DNA from: the human T2T-CHM13v2.0 reference genome, Homo sapiens
Assembly: GCF_009914755.1 (NCBI RefSeq)
Contig: NC_060936.1
DNA: 64,000 nt
Reading direction: 5' to 3' (one strand)
Under the pieces are notes generated by a model. It was not told where the DNA came from. It searched no databases and saw nothing but the letters and a program-made list of their open reading frames with translations. The number at the start of each line of letters is the position of its first letter. Within the stretch, counting starts at the first letter, position 1. This document shows positions 1 through 17,392 of the stretch, in pieces. The position numbers and the translations under genes were made by a program.

Positions 1-2554
1 AACAATAATTGAAAAAAAAAAGGAGACACTTAAGCAAGTTTGCAGGCAGCAGGTAAAGCACTAGTGGAGAGGGAAGTTGGATCCACAGGAGAGGGAAAGG
101 AAAACTGCTGGAGGTAGGAGGGGTAGGCCTGGGGTGAGATAAAGGGCCTGGAAGAGGGAAGCAAGGATGGGTGAGGTGTAGAATCCTTACTCCTGAAGCC
201 CTTCACTGCTGATACTTCTGCTATCCTTGGCATGTGACAATTCCTCAAGCTGAGGTCAATGCCACTGTGTCAATTGCATAGCAATTCTCTTTCTTGGGGA
301 TTCCTATAAAAACTCCCTCATAACAATTCCCCAAGTCTCTAGTCTTACCTTGACGCCCCTCAGTCTTACACAATTCCTTGCTATTTTGACTAGTTTGAGG
401 TTACCCATCATGAACTCCTTCGACATCTCTCCTATCTTGATTTATATACTCTTCTTGGTCTCATTTTTTCCTGCAATATTAAAAATTCTACTGATCTTTC
501 AAGGTCCAACTCAATTGATATCCCTTATCTATGTCTCACTTTCATCTTACATATACATTTTTAAATTACTTGATGTCTTTTATGTTATCTTATAAGCTAA
601 TTTAAATACTTCTTAAAACAAGGAAGGGATTCAATCAACCTATCAATCGTCATGATACCCTTTCCTATCTCATCTTCTTTTCATCTTCTTCAACTTTTTG
701 ACTCATTTTTATATCATTCCTCTATGAAACTATTAAACCCCTTAAGGGCAAGTAAATGTTTTTTGCACCTGCTCTAGTATGACAATACATTATACATAAT
801 ACCTACCTACTACAATTAATAAATTGTAAGCTCCTGGAGGACAAGAATTTAGGAGTTAGCTAGCTAGATAGAGATGAATACACATGCAGAGATATATTTA
901 CATTCTCTCAAGTATACCAATTTAATCTAATACTTACTATATACTTGCTAGCAATTAGAGATATATAAAGATAAATAAAACAAAACACAGTCTCTGTCTT
1001 CCAAGGGTGCCAATCCAGTGTGGCAATCAGAGAATGAGAGGGCTTGAATGACATGCTGATAAAATTGGACTGTATTCTGCTAGGTTTCTTGCAGAACTTA
1101 GGGCAGAGGATATTAATAGATATGTGTTTTGAAAAGATAATGCTCAGAGAAGGATGAAGGATGAATTTGAAAAGAATGAGATTGAGGGTAGGCAGATCTA
1201 TGAGGGGGCTTTTGCAATAGTGTAGATGACAGATAATAAAGATCAAGTGAGGGCAAGTTGGTTACAGATGAGATATTGAGTGTATATGCGTGTATGTGTA
1301 TGTTGGGGGAGTGAGGTTGTGGTGCACAAGAATAAGTGTCCAGAAGTTATTTGCTAATCTTACTTTTTAAAAGACATTAAATGGTAAATAGTAGTAATAA
1401 CTATAGCTTATTACATATCGTGTAACACATTCCTCTAGACTGGCCTTAGGCAATATTGAGATCTGTTCCATTTCACCACTTAGGATCCTCTAGGCCCGAT
1501 TTTGGCACTTTATTCTATATGATCGGCTATTTGTTCTTCTCTTATTACTTCAGGTCTCAAGTTTTGATCATCCTATGAGCCCATATATCCTTCAGAGCAA
1601 GACAATGTGAATAGGCATCGTTGCACTTGGTAGAGGGTTAGGCAAATAGTGGATGCCAAATAAATCCTTGTGGAATTGAATGGTATTACCTGGAGTTCCC
1701 TGAAGGTTGTACATCCTCTTACTCCTTGGCCTTTGGAACGTCCTTCTCTATACCTGGAATTCTTCCTCTCTCTCTTTACCTCCTCTGACTACTGTCTCTT
1801 TACCTCACTTTGACCTTCCTAGTTCTGTTTATCACTTCCTCTAAGAGTTGTTGCTTGATGCCCCTGCACTGGGTTAGCAGATTTTGCTAAGTGGTCCACA
1901 GAATCACCTACTTATGTGTTTCTCTGCCAGCTCTATAAAGACAGACCAGACTACCTTGCGGTAATTTGTTCAGTATTTTATCCCCAGGTTGAGCACAGCA
2001 CCTGGCATACAGTAGACATTCAGTAAATATTTGTTAAATGAACATGGTTTTGTGGGGTTTTATTTGTAAATCTGAACATTTTGAAATTTGAATCTTCAAA
2101 TAGCTGGACATAAAGTGCTAGATCCATCCAGACGAAAGAAATAATGGGAGACCATCTAGAAAAGTATTTTGTTCTTTATGCTATTAAATTCAGTAGAAAT
2201 TAGTTATTATATTTTTTGAGGACTGTTATGCAATTAACACTCTGGACAACATGAAGACAGTTCAGATTTCACCTTTCTATCCTGCCCCCCAAGGACATGC
2301 AAAATATCTGCTTGGGTACCCGTTTTTTCATGTGTACACACTAGCATCTTCAGTTGATAAGTTCCTGTGGGGCAGGAACAGTAAACTTCTCAGAATTAGA
2401 AAGCAAAAGTGACAGCAAAAACACGACAACATCAGAAAGCCAGATTCTATGTCAGAAAGTCTTAGGAGTTGTAGCTTTAGTGTTCTGCAGACAACCCAAT
2501 GTCACAGGAAATACTAATTCCCTTGCTCTGGGGCATTTATTAAAAACAAAATTT

Positions 2555-2846
<292 letters not shown>

Positions 2847-3607
2847 CTACTGCCTGGTACCATATTATGCAGTAGAGACAGAGGGGTTAAGGAAATCAGG
2901 CATAGTCCTTGTTCTCATGTAGTTTGTAGTTAAGGAGTGAGAGAACTGGCAGTGACCTGATTTTGAAGAGGCTGATTCAGGTCAAGACCCAATTTTGAAG
3001 CTGGTCTCCAACAAGAAGAGTGGTTTCTAGGAATATAGCTCTGCACAAGCAAATACATATCCCTTAGACAGTCTGTGACATGGAGTGAAAAACCCTCCCT
3101 GACAGATCCTTTACTAGGGATCTCTGCAAGGGCTCAGATCTCTACTTCAATAGAAATGCTCATTGGTACTATCTGAGGACGATTTTTCCAAGAGGCACAA
3201 GGAGATCAATTACTACTGGCAGCCTAATTTGCAAGATAAAGAAATTTCCCATTATTCTAGTATCTTCGCAACCACAGTCTACTTCAGCATCATCAGCCGA
3301 CATCATGGCATAGTGGAAAAAAATTTGGAATAGCTAAAAAGTCACAGATTAGAAGTTCTCATAGCTGAGATGCTGCTATGTGCTTCTTGTTAAAATCCAG
3401 GGTTAGGACAAGGGTCAGAGGATTCTTGTCCTTCTACACTTGAGTGGCCTACAGCCATGTATTCTTCTAAATCATGTTTTGAATTTCGTCTTGAAAGATA
3501 ATGTTTTAAGAGTGCTAAGCTTATATACTCATACAACAGAAATAATATGTGTGATAAAGTTGGGCAAGAAGTGCTTTTAAAGTTGTCGGTTTCTAAAGGT
3601 GTCTTTT

Positions 3608-3810
3608 TTTAAATGGGTACTTAATAGTTATACCTATTTATGGGATATATGTGATATCTTGATACAAGCATACAAAGTGTAATGATCAAATCAGTATCCA
3701 TCATCTCAAGCATTTATCATTTCTTTGTGTAAGGAACACTCCAATTCTACTCTTTTCATCATTTTGGAATACACAAGAAATTGTTAATCATAGTTGCCTT
3801 ATTGTGCTTC
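3608..3810 (-). mobile_element. L1MA-type 3' end fragment
   Basis: Typical L1MA 3'UTR text (atgatcaaatcag...catttatcatttctttgtg). Near-TSD AAAGGTGTCTTTT (3595-3607) / AAAGTTGTCTTTT (3814-3826). Confidence 0.75.
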
Positions 3811-6429
3811 AAAAAAGTTGTCTTTTAGGTTGTCTTAAAATTTGGTTACGAATTGATAACACTAGTCAGAATCATGATTTATATTCTGTAGATCATTTTT
3901 TTCCATTTAGCTTTCAGTTATAATACCTCACAGAATAATAAAGCTTGATAGGTTAAGTGTCTTGGTCCTGACTATCTTGAGAATAATGGTTGGAGCAAGA
4001 ACTATGGTCCAGACGTCTGCTCTAGCTGCAATGTTTCCCCTCCCTACTCCATTACACCACAATGATGGATGAATGACGGATGCTGCAGCAGAAGTAATTA
4101 CAGTAAACTCAAGATATAAAAACAATTAATATAGTGAAAATATATAAATTAATAATAAATATAAAATACATGCATCTTTAATATTAAGATGTAATATAAT
4201 TTATAAATTAATATAGCAAATACAGTAATATCTAATGGACAGTGACCCCATCACCCCACTTTTACACGTGCCTCTAAGAGCCATTTCTTATTTTTGAAGG
4301 GGAGCAGCTACACCCTCACTCTTTGGGTTGCGGTGCCGTGTAGAAGTGATGAGAATGGGAAACTGATACACTCCTGCACAGAGAAGCCAATCTGAATGCC
4401 AGATGATTAAGTAGAAACCTCCACCATGCTGCCTCAGACTTACAAATGAAGTGCAAATTAAAATGTTAGATAGACATACTCAACAGCCTGTAACATCACA
4501 AGGACTGTCTTTGGGGTATCCATTTCTATAAAAAGAAAATCTGGCATTCCTTTTTGGAACATTAGGCCAAAGTAGAGGATAATGAGAACAGAAATGCCTT
4601 ATGCAGTCTTAATAATCTTTCTACTCAGAGGATTCAGTGGAAACTAGTAACTAAAAAAGATTAGCCTTGCATCAAGACCGAGCTATCCAGAAATCGCCCG
4701 GCCTGGGATGCAGATTCAGTCACTTAAGTGAGTTGTAACACAGGCTCACTTGTAGGTTTGCCACAATTTTCTTGCAATTCAGTTCCTTCCTCTGTCAGGC
4801 TGCAATAATGAGATGAATTCCTGCAAGAAGTACTCCCAGAAAGACACAGGGAGGTCTGAGTAGATAACTAACACAGATATCTAGAGAACAGAAGTGCTAG
4901 ACGAAGAGAGAAATAAACACACACAATAATTAAAACAAAGATTTTTTTAAACCATAGCGACATTACACTTATCTCAATCTTTAAAATCCAGGATATCTAT
5001 ATCTTTGTGTATTTCTCACTGAAACTTTCCCTGGGCCTCCCAGGAAGAACATAAAGAATAAAGAATAGGTTCATTTTCTTACAGATTAAGAGATGTGAGG
5101 CTCAAATGACCTTATCCTGGTAACATAGCTACATTACTGCAAGAGCAGCATCTTTAATCCCTATGATTCCTACTCCAGTCACTCTTTACCAGTGAACCAT
5201 CAAAGTAGGTGATGATGCTGAAAGAGGTACAGAAGATTCAGCTTGTGAAGATAAGCCGAATGACAGAAAATGCACTTTGTGCAAACCTCCATGCAGTGAT
5301 CACAATGCATTTTAGCCAGTGGTTCAGTTCTCTCTCTGTCCAACTAGACTATGTACCTTGAGGATAGAAACCATCTGTCCACCTAATGTCCCCAGTAGTC
5401 AGCACAGTAACTAACACATAGTAGTCAATTAATATTTGAAGAACGTATAAATGAATGAATGAAAGCATGAATGGATCTGGAAAAGTTGCCATCAGGAATT
5501 GGGGCCCTGAAGAAAGAATGGGGTTCATAAATAACATTCAGCAATCATAGTCACTGAATTGGGTACTAATATTAGTGAAAATAATAGAGACAGTAAAACC
5601 AATTATAAATAGATAAAGAAGGTAGTGCTTGTTCTGTTTTGTTTCATAAAAGATTGACAATTTTATTTATGAACACAGGATTTGAGCTAAAAAGAGAACA
5701 GATAAGAAGGTAGGTGACTAAAGAAATGGTTGCCGAGAAAAAGTATGAAACAGAGTTTAGAACAGAGAAGAGGATACAGAGATAATTGTAAAGGTGTTTG
5801 ACAGAAAAAGGGAAAAGGAGAAAAGAAAAAGCTTTCAGTAGGACACTTTATGGGCATAATAGGGTTCTTCTTTAGGGCATTTCGGAAGTTGAGAGAGCAA
5901 AGATGAGAACTCGAGAGACATGGAATGGACAAAAGAGAAAGGGAGGTGAGATACATGGTACTGATCACTCACAGGGAATGAGGAAGGGAAGTAAATGGCC
6001 TCAAAGAAGTCATAGCTGTCATCGAGCAGCAAATGCCTTCTGTCATGCAGGTGGAATTAAAGCTTAAATGTGAACTGATGGTCCATCTTCAGCTTCTTTC
6101 TCTTCTCGCTCTGATACCTGCCCTCAAGGTTGCTCCCTGGCTGGTCAGGGAACTCACACTGAGCTGTAGAATGTTCCCAGGCTCTGGACCTTTCTGTACT
6201 GTTATTCAACCATCAGCACTTGCTAGCTTCTGTCCTATTCTCTCAGGATGCCTGTTTTTATTAAATGACAAAGGAAGTTAATTGGTTCATCAAGTAGAGC
6301 AATTCCTATTGTGGGCTTAGCTGGCTACTAGTTACCTTGCCTATTACATATAACAGCAGTGAAATAAACATAAAGGAATGAATGGGTGGGCTTTCATTAC
6401 GTGCCAGGCCCTGAGCTAGATGCAGCAGA

Positions 6430-7070
6430 GTATGGCAGAACAGGACATGGGCTTTGGAGACAGACACACCCAAGACAGAGGTCTGGTCCATAATTTCCTA
6501 GCTATAAGCTTGAGGAAGTTATCTCCTAGGGTTCTTGGATTCTTCATCTGTAAGATATGAAGAATAATTTCTTCACCCTCAATTTCCTCCTCTATGAAAT
6601 GGAGATAATGTTGCCTACTTCGCAGGGTTCAAAATACATATAAGTGATAATAATGTTATTTACTATTTATTCATTTATCCCCACTTTAAAAAGGAAAAGC
6701 TGAGGCACAGAGAAGTAAGGTGTGACTAAGGTCACCTAGCTGGGAAATTCTAGAGCTGGCATTTAAATCTAGCATTTGTCTTTATGCACTTACCCAACAT
6801 ACTATGTCATCTTAACCAATACACTAAAGCATCATTAGATGTTTCCATCTACAGCCTCTTACAGTGGGGAAACAGTTTGATATTCACCAATCTCATTTAA
6901 CCCTCACAGCACCTCTGTGCAGTACTAACATCTTGCTTTAAGATGAGGAAAGGAAAGCTCAGAGAAGGTAACCGTGGCCAAAACTCAACATAGGCCCAGA
7001 GAAGGGAACACCAGCCAAAACTCAAAGAGCTAATTAGTGACAGAACTTGAAATTAGATGTAGGGTTTATG
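6430..7070. mobile_element. Cluster of MIR fragments in both orientations
   Basis: MIR core-like strings: ttcctcctctatgaaatggagataat, gaaaagctgaggcacagagaagtaagg, agatgaggaaaggaaagctcagagaagg. Confidence 0.7.
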
Positions 7071-8827
7071 ACCACAAATATAAATATAAGAAAGAGAGCC
7101 AACTCTGGGCCCAGAGTAGATGCCCACATCTTTACTAGTTATCTAGGTGGTATTTCTACATTGCTTTTAAAGTTCTCTGATAGCAAAGCTGAAACCTGGC
7201 TAGGTGTTGTAAGATAGATGAGAAACTGCAAGTCAAGGTGTGAGTTCAATGAGTGGATTTTAACTCCTAACTTCAGGAGTACTGGTCAATTATCCTTTAC
7301 TGAGTGGTGCTATCAGCCCACGGTAAAATAAATTAGATTTTTAAGAAGGTGCAGAATTGCCACTATAAAATCAGATAAGCCTACTGCAGTTGGGAATAAA
7401 TTCTATCATAGAAATACATCTTGCCTGATATCAAAGGAAGCCAAGAAACCATGCCAAGAGTTGGATGAAAACTGACATTTTCTGCTGTGGAGACAGAAGT
7501 GGTAGCACTGATTGGAGAATTATATTTTGAAGAGTTCTAAAATATTTATCATCATTCTAGGTCATTTATTCATTTACCCTTTTAATGCTCATTTCTTTTG
7601 TGCCACTAGGTCGAGCTTAAAAGCAAAGAATGAAAATTCACTGTGTTTTTATATATTAATATGAAGCAGGAAGTTTCTCTATTGCTTGGTTTGAAAAATA
7701 AAAGCGTTTCTGAGAAATATTAGAACACTAAATGTTCTTTCAGAAACATGGCTTTTGTCATTAATAAGGATGCTGGGTGTATCTAAGCGTGTTATGAATT
7801 TGTACTTTTTTTTGTTTGATAACTTCCTGTAACTTGAAGTATTTCAAGAAGGGAAAAAGCTGATAAAAACTACTAAAATTGCCATTGCTTCACTGTATTG
7901 ATTGCCCCATTATGTTTCTTTCTAGACTTGACTCAGGCATCTCCTTCTCCAGGATGCCTTTTCTGCTCTCCATTCTAATTAAGATGGCCTTCCTCTGTGC
8001 TCCAGGAGCATTTACACAAACCACTATCCATCACTGCCCTTATCACACTGCATCGAAGCTATCTGCCCGCACATCTGTGCCCCCTGGAAGGCAATCAGGA
8101 CAATAACCATGGCTTATATTCCACCTGGTGTCCTCAGCACCTGGCATGGAGCCAGAACTCAGCAAATTTTTACCAAAGAACAATGAATTTTAAAACCTGA
8201 CTATAGAATGGCAGAATGCTCCTTCTGCCTCCACGAAATTTACTTTCAAGTTGAACAATTTTATTAAAAATTCCATTTTCTAATGGTATCAGAGACCTGC
8301 AAAGCTAAAGAAAAAGCAAGTCTTATTTCCAGGTCAGAACTTATTTCCCAGGTCCTCACTATTTGGCTTATATAATATTAAAAGGTATTTTTAAGAGTAT
8401 AATTTCTATTTCTCAGGCTTGAAGGATACTTTTGTTAGTGTCCTCATAGCTTTCTATTTTGGCTTTGCATCCAGAGAAATGAAAGAGGCTTGACTCAGCT
8501 GCCGCTTAATACTGCACAAGCCTGAGAGAGAAGACTATTATATAAGCTAATGTGTATTTTAAGGTGTTTTTTTTTTTCATAGCCAATACCTAAATGCCAC
8601 CTTCCAACCTCATGAAAGTGCTGAACCCCAGTGTGTGGGAAAGCGAGGTCCCCTACACGGCTCTGTATTCCTTATAAGTATAAAAAATAAAAGCAGTTGA
8701 TTAAGGGTTAGCAATTTTCTTTTCTTTCTTTACACGTACTTGTAATTCATTTAATGCAGGAAGTGGGCTGAGTTTTCTTGTTCTTTCCAATTCAACTCTC
8801 AGGGAGCTTTCTTGCCAGCCTGCTATG

Positions 8828-8841
8828 GTTACCATGGCAAC
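8828..8841. promoter_or_regulatory. RFX X-box GTTACCATGGCAAC
   Basis: Matches the GTTNCCATGGNAAC consensus, in apparently unique sequence. Confidence 0.6.
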
Positions 8842-11378
8842 AAGGCGATGGTGGCAGTAATATGATCTCATATGCCTTGTGTCAATAGCATCAGATCATC
8901 ACGCTTGAGGATAATTTTGACAATAAGCTTCAGATATAGATTCAGGATATATTACCATTTGATTGATTTACCAGAAATACTGAGCAATTACAGCCTTAAA
9001 CTTCTAATAAAAGCATGTTCACAAAGGTTAGCGTTTTTCCCTAGATGACATATTATATGGCATTCTGAAATTTGTAAATTGCTTTCATATATCTGCTTCA
9101 ATTCTCATTAGGCAGGACAGATATAATCATCCCCATTTTATAGAAGAGGAAGTAAAGGCCCGTGCAATGTGCTGTGTAAGGTGGCAAAAGCAACTCCACA
9201 GTGAAGCTGAAACTTCAACTTGAGGCTTCTGGCATCAGAATCACACTTTCCTCATGCCTGTGTTAAGAATTCATGGGTATTATCAAAATGTTCTTAGATG
9301 CATAGGTTAGACCCTGGAATGTCTGAATTAAAATAATGTAAATGTATCTGTGATAAATAACTACTAGTTTGAGAATATTAGTATTTTATATTTGGGTGAT
9401 GCTTCATACATTTTATATCTCCCATTACACCTTCCTTTCCTAAGGCTTTTCTGATACTAGATGCACAAATAGATGCTTATCTCTTTCTCCCACTGATCAA
9501 CATCTTGTCTTTTTTGTTGTTGTTGTTATTAGTGACATTTATTTTTCCATTGTGAGTTCCTTGAAAGTAGGGATCATGTTATTCATTCTTGGAAGGTCCC
9601 TGATCCTGGCACAGTATGTATGGATCTGTTATGTATCAGGTACTGTACATAATATGTACCAGGTACATAACAGATACACCATAAATGCTTGTTGCTTGTT
9701 AAACTGAACTCATCTGACACCCACAAACCCCATGAGGTAAGTACAGCTGGCATTATGATCCACTATTTTAATAAAGTGGAAATAGAGGTCATGGATATAT
9801 CATGGGCAATTTAATTCTTTCCACTCCCAGCCATGTGCTCTTTCCATGTCGTCCTGTTTGCTTTATTCTTTCATTGTTTCTCTTTCATTCATTAATTCAT
9901 CAAACATTTATTAGTTGCTCTTTCTATATCAAGCATTGCTACAGATAATGGGTTACAAAGATAAATAAGACACAATCCTCAGCACCAAAGGGCTCACAGA
10001 TAATGCAGATAATTTTCTGCCTAGGCAAGTAGTAAAATAAAACCTTATATGGAACTTCGAGTATGCATTATATTATTTCCCAACTTTATTGGCTCTTTAA
10101 AATGTATCTTGAGAATATGTTTCAAGTCCCTCTTTAATGCAGTGTTTTAGAACTGGATAAGCCTTGAGCCATTGCCAATATAGGGTGATACTAATTCTGC
10201 ATCTTCGTTTTTTTTCTTGGGCATAAAATCAGCATTTCCAACATCCCACAGAATCCCTAAACTTAACGTGTCCTCAATGAAACTCAGTATCTGACCTGAA
10301 CGAATGGGAAGTGGCAGAAAGAGGCAGATGGTCAGGGTGAGATGCCAGACTCTGCCGTTTGATATGACTTAGGGTCAGTTACACCATCTAGGGGTTTCTT
10401 CATTAGTATCTGGCACGAAACACAGTGTTCAAAATACTTCTTAAATGTATTAATTAATGAATGAGTTGTCAAAGAGGATGAAAAATGATGACATAAAATA
10501 GGGATACCTGAAGCAGTGTTAGCATTAGCAGGTACTCAATAAACATCTTTTAAAGAGTGGACTAAATATATACGATTCAATTCCCCTTCCTGAAACATAT
10601 TAAATTGCCAAGACAAAACTTCTAAGTTATCTTTATGTCTCTTTCCACATCATAGAGTCAGGTTTATTTCACCTCTGCAATGTCTTGGACTTGTGCCTTT
10701 CTCTTCATCCAATAGCATGATTTGATCCAACCCCCACCCTTTCACTAGTAGACTCTCAGAGAAGGCCCTTGACTGAACTTCCTCTCTTTCCAGGGTCTCC
10801 CATTCCACCTTACTGGTGAAACTCTTATTTTTAAAGGATAACTAGGAGTGTATAACTCTTCTGGCCAGAGATTTTGTATTGATTTGTATATTCTAATTAA
10901 GAAACTTTTTAGAATGGTAATCAAGATCCTCTAAAAGGTGATCTTTAGTTATACCTATAGTCATTCCTTTCCATATACTCTAGGTTTTAGCTTCCCCTAC
11001 ACACACTTTTGGACTTTTAAGCTTTCTTCCTGTATTCCTAGTTAGTGGAGTAATAACAGCTTTGTAATACTTTTGCACAACACTTTGCAATTTGTAAGGA
11101 ACTCATATATGTTTATAATGAAACTTTGTGATAACCTCAGAGTAGGTGGATATGATCATTTTCATTTCACCAATTAGGAAATTGAAAATCAGAGAGTTAA
11201 ATCATACAGATTCTCATAACCTTTATGAGAATTCTATTGGAAAATATTTGTGTCTATGATGATTGTTTAACCATGGAATACTTGAATCAAACTCTTTAAA
11301 TTAACAACTGTGACTTCAAAATGCTAACGATTGACATTTGTTCAGCTCGTTAGCCCAGAGGCTAATCATGATGCTTTT

Positions 11379-12984
<1,606 letters not shown>

Positions 12985-12993
12985 GATGCTCTT

Positions 12994-13212
12994 AAGCTGG
13001 ATTGCCTGTGTGGAATCCTGGCTCTACTATTTCCTAGCTGTGTGGTCTTGGATAGATTACTTAATCTCTCTGTCCTTCAATTTCCTCATCATTAAACTGG
13101 GGATACCAATAGTTTCTATTGTGTAGGATTGCTGCAAGGATTAGTGAATTTTATGTGCGTAAAGTGCTAGGATAATATCTGACACATAGCAAGCACTCCT
13201 AAATGTTGCTAC
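12994..13212 (+). mobile_element. MIR (remainder of the element hit by the L1)
   Basis: aatcctggctctactatttcctagctgtgtggtcttgg...ttcctcatc...ggggata...taaagtgct...aaatgttgct follows the MIR consensus. Confidence 0.85.
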
Positions 13213-13685
13213 CCTTAAAGACACAACCTAAGAACTTCTTTGGCTAGTCCCTGGTCTGAGAAGGAAAATCAATTCCTTCCTCATTGGTGCTACCTTGTTT
13301 GGGTCTTCTATACTGGGGACACTATAGCTGCCTCAGGGTGTTGGCTCAGGATAGATTCAGAATATCTGAATCTACTTATTGGGAGCAGTCACTGAGTTTC
13401 TCTAAGCCTCATTCACCATCTGAAAACACCTGGATAATAACAGCATTTTACATCATAGGATTGTGGTGATCATTTTATTAACTAGTACATATAAGGCATC
13501 TAGTGCTTGGCATGGAGTAACTAATCAGTAAAATTTAGTGACTATTACTGTTACATAAATGTTTTGCCCATGATATTTTGACCTTCTTGGGTTAGGACCT
13601 GTCTTTTTCGTTATCTTTATGCCTATCTTTGTTGCTTCTTCACAGTAGATTTAAAAAAAATAAACATTTAAATAAAAAAGATTTT

Positions 13686-15088
<1,403 letters not shown>

Positions 15089-16029
15089 ATTTAAATACAA
15101 AAGATTTTTCAATAAAAATGATTAAAGTAGCAGGATAGAACAATCTTTGCAGAGAAAATCCCAAACTCTAAGTGGATGGATGCTGAGACTGTATGCAAAA
15201 ACGCTAAATTCTAGAAAGAGTTAAATTTGAAAATATCTATTCTTATTACAAAATATTGATCTAGTGGTTGTTGGGAAAATATAAATGTACCATATAATAA
15301 ATTGGGTTTGGATTATTAAAATTCTATTACCTTGTCCACAATGGAAGCAAGAATATAAATGACTTTATAAAACTAAAAAGTTTTAAATTTTCTTCTGTAC
15401 ATTGGCATATCTCACAAAGGAATGGAATTGGTTACACTGCATATGAGAACATTTTGATGCAGTATAATCTTTTATTGTGCAGCTTTATATAGCACCCTTT
15501 CCTGAAAGAGTGACTGTACAGCGCCTGGTGTTCTAAATCCAGTCGCTAACTCAAACCTTTTCACTTTCATAAAGAGGTTTTGGGAATGAAGTTAATATTC
15601 CATTTACCAAACTAAAATATAATATTATGTGCTGCAATGCTGTGAGCCCACCCACCCACCAGACTGCAGATAATCTTCTATTCATATGCTCAAATCAAGT
15701 ACTATGCATATTTCTAGCTCACTATCAAAAGTAACTGCACATATACACAAAGAAAGGATAGAAGAAAATGAATGAGCAGTCAAAAATGACTGCAGGCGAC
15801 TTTAACAATACAAGATCAGCCATTTTTGACAAATATTTGATTTGAAATTCACTGATCTTCTATTAGGACTCAAGGGCTGGCAGGAGTAACGAATTTCCTG
15901 AGCTTCTCTTATGTATGTTCAGAAGTATTGGATCAGTTTTTGGTCTCGGGGTAACAACAATAGCAGCAAAACAGTAACAGCAACCAACATGCACTGAGTT
16001 TACTTCACACCAGCACTCAGGCAGAACTT

Positions 16030-16512
16030 CTGCTTCAGCAGGGTGAATAAGAGCCCCCAAAGGTATCAGATCCTAATCCCTGGAACCTGTAAATTATGCC
16101 TTATTAGGAGACAGGAACTTGCAGTTGTGATTAACTTAAGGATCCTGAGATGGGGAGATTACCATGGATTATCTGGATGGGCCCTAAATACAAACACATG
16201 TATCTTATAAAATAGATGGAAAGGGAGCTTTGACAGACAAAAGAGGAGGAGGCATTGTGACCACAGAGGCAGAAATTGGAGTGATGTGGGCACAAATCAG
16301 GGTATGCTGACAGCCGCCAGATGCTAGAAGAGGTAAGGAACATATTACCCTCTAGAGCTTCTGGAGGGAATGAGCCCCTGCTGACACCTTGATTTTGCCC
16401 AAGTGATACTTATTTTGAATTCCTGTTCTCCAAAACTTGGAGAGAAGATAAATGTTTTTTTTAGCCAGCAAGTTCATGGTAATTTGTTACAGCAGCCATG
16501 GGAAACTAAATT
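16030..16512 (+). mobile_element. MLT1-family (ERVL-MaLR) solo LTR
   Basis: gatcctaatccctggaacctgt...gatggggagatt...ctggatgggccctaaat...gtaatttgttacagcagcc. Confidence 0.85.
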
Positions 16513-17054
16513 AAGCATCCAACCATTGAACTAATATACTAATATATTGCTGAACTTTGGTTCATTCCTTCATAAGCCTCCCAAATTCTTGATTTCTTTG
16601 TTCTGTGGGGGCTGCTGCTGGTAAGAGTAGAGCTATTAAAGCATCCTTCCATGTGAAGCATCACCTGCTGACATTTTTGCAGAATCCCTTCCATTGTCAG
16701 CCCTACCTACTTACAAGTTGAAATTGACACACAGGTGCAGTGAGTCAAGGTCTGACTTGAATGCTTTGCTTTTCTCTCAGTAGATTTTCTTAAATTCAGC
16801 AAGTCCTCACTTAATGTCATGGATAAGATCTTGGAGATTGCAACTGTAATTGAAACTATGTATAAAGAAACCAATTTGACCACAGTCAAATCAATATAAA
16901 CAAGAGTTCAGTTCCTATGGTATATTTCTGGTCAAAGAAAGTAATCACCAAACTTCTAAATAAAGAAGCAAATACTTCTAATATTAAACATCAAAATAAA
17001 TGGGAGCTATACATACATTTAAGAAATATTAATGAAAAGGAAGATGATGATTTA

Positions 17055-17392
17055 CCCAATTATTCCAGTTCAAGGTCGCCTGTCCCGGCAACTCAGGGCA
17101 CCAGGTGGGAACGCACCCTGGACGGGACACCCTCCCATCGCAGGGCATACTCACACCCACATTCGCACTCACTCAGACTGGGACCATGTAGACTTGCCAA
17201 TTCACCTAGCATTAAGCACATCCTTGGGCCGTGGAAGGAAACCGGAGTGCCTGGAGAAAACCCATGCAGTCATGGGGAGAACAAGCAAACTCCACGCAGA
17301 CAGTGACCCGGGCTGGGAGTCAATTTTTTTTCTTATCAACATCATAAGGAAACAGCATTACAGGAAATGGTGTAACTTGAGGACTTGCTCTA
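17055..17392. mobile_element. MER6/MER6A-like DNA transposon fragment carrying the V-SINE-like domain
   Basis: ggaaaccggagtgcctggagaaaacccatgcag...ggggagaacaagcaaactccacgcagacag motif, and a terminus gaggacttgctc-TA. Explains the ORFs at 16917 and 17032. Confidence 0.8.
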
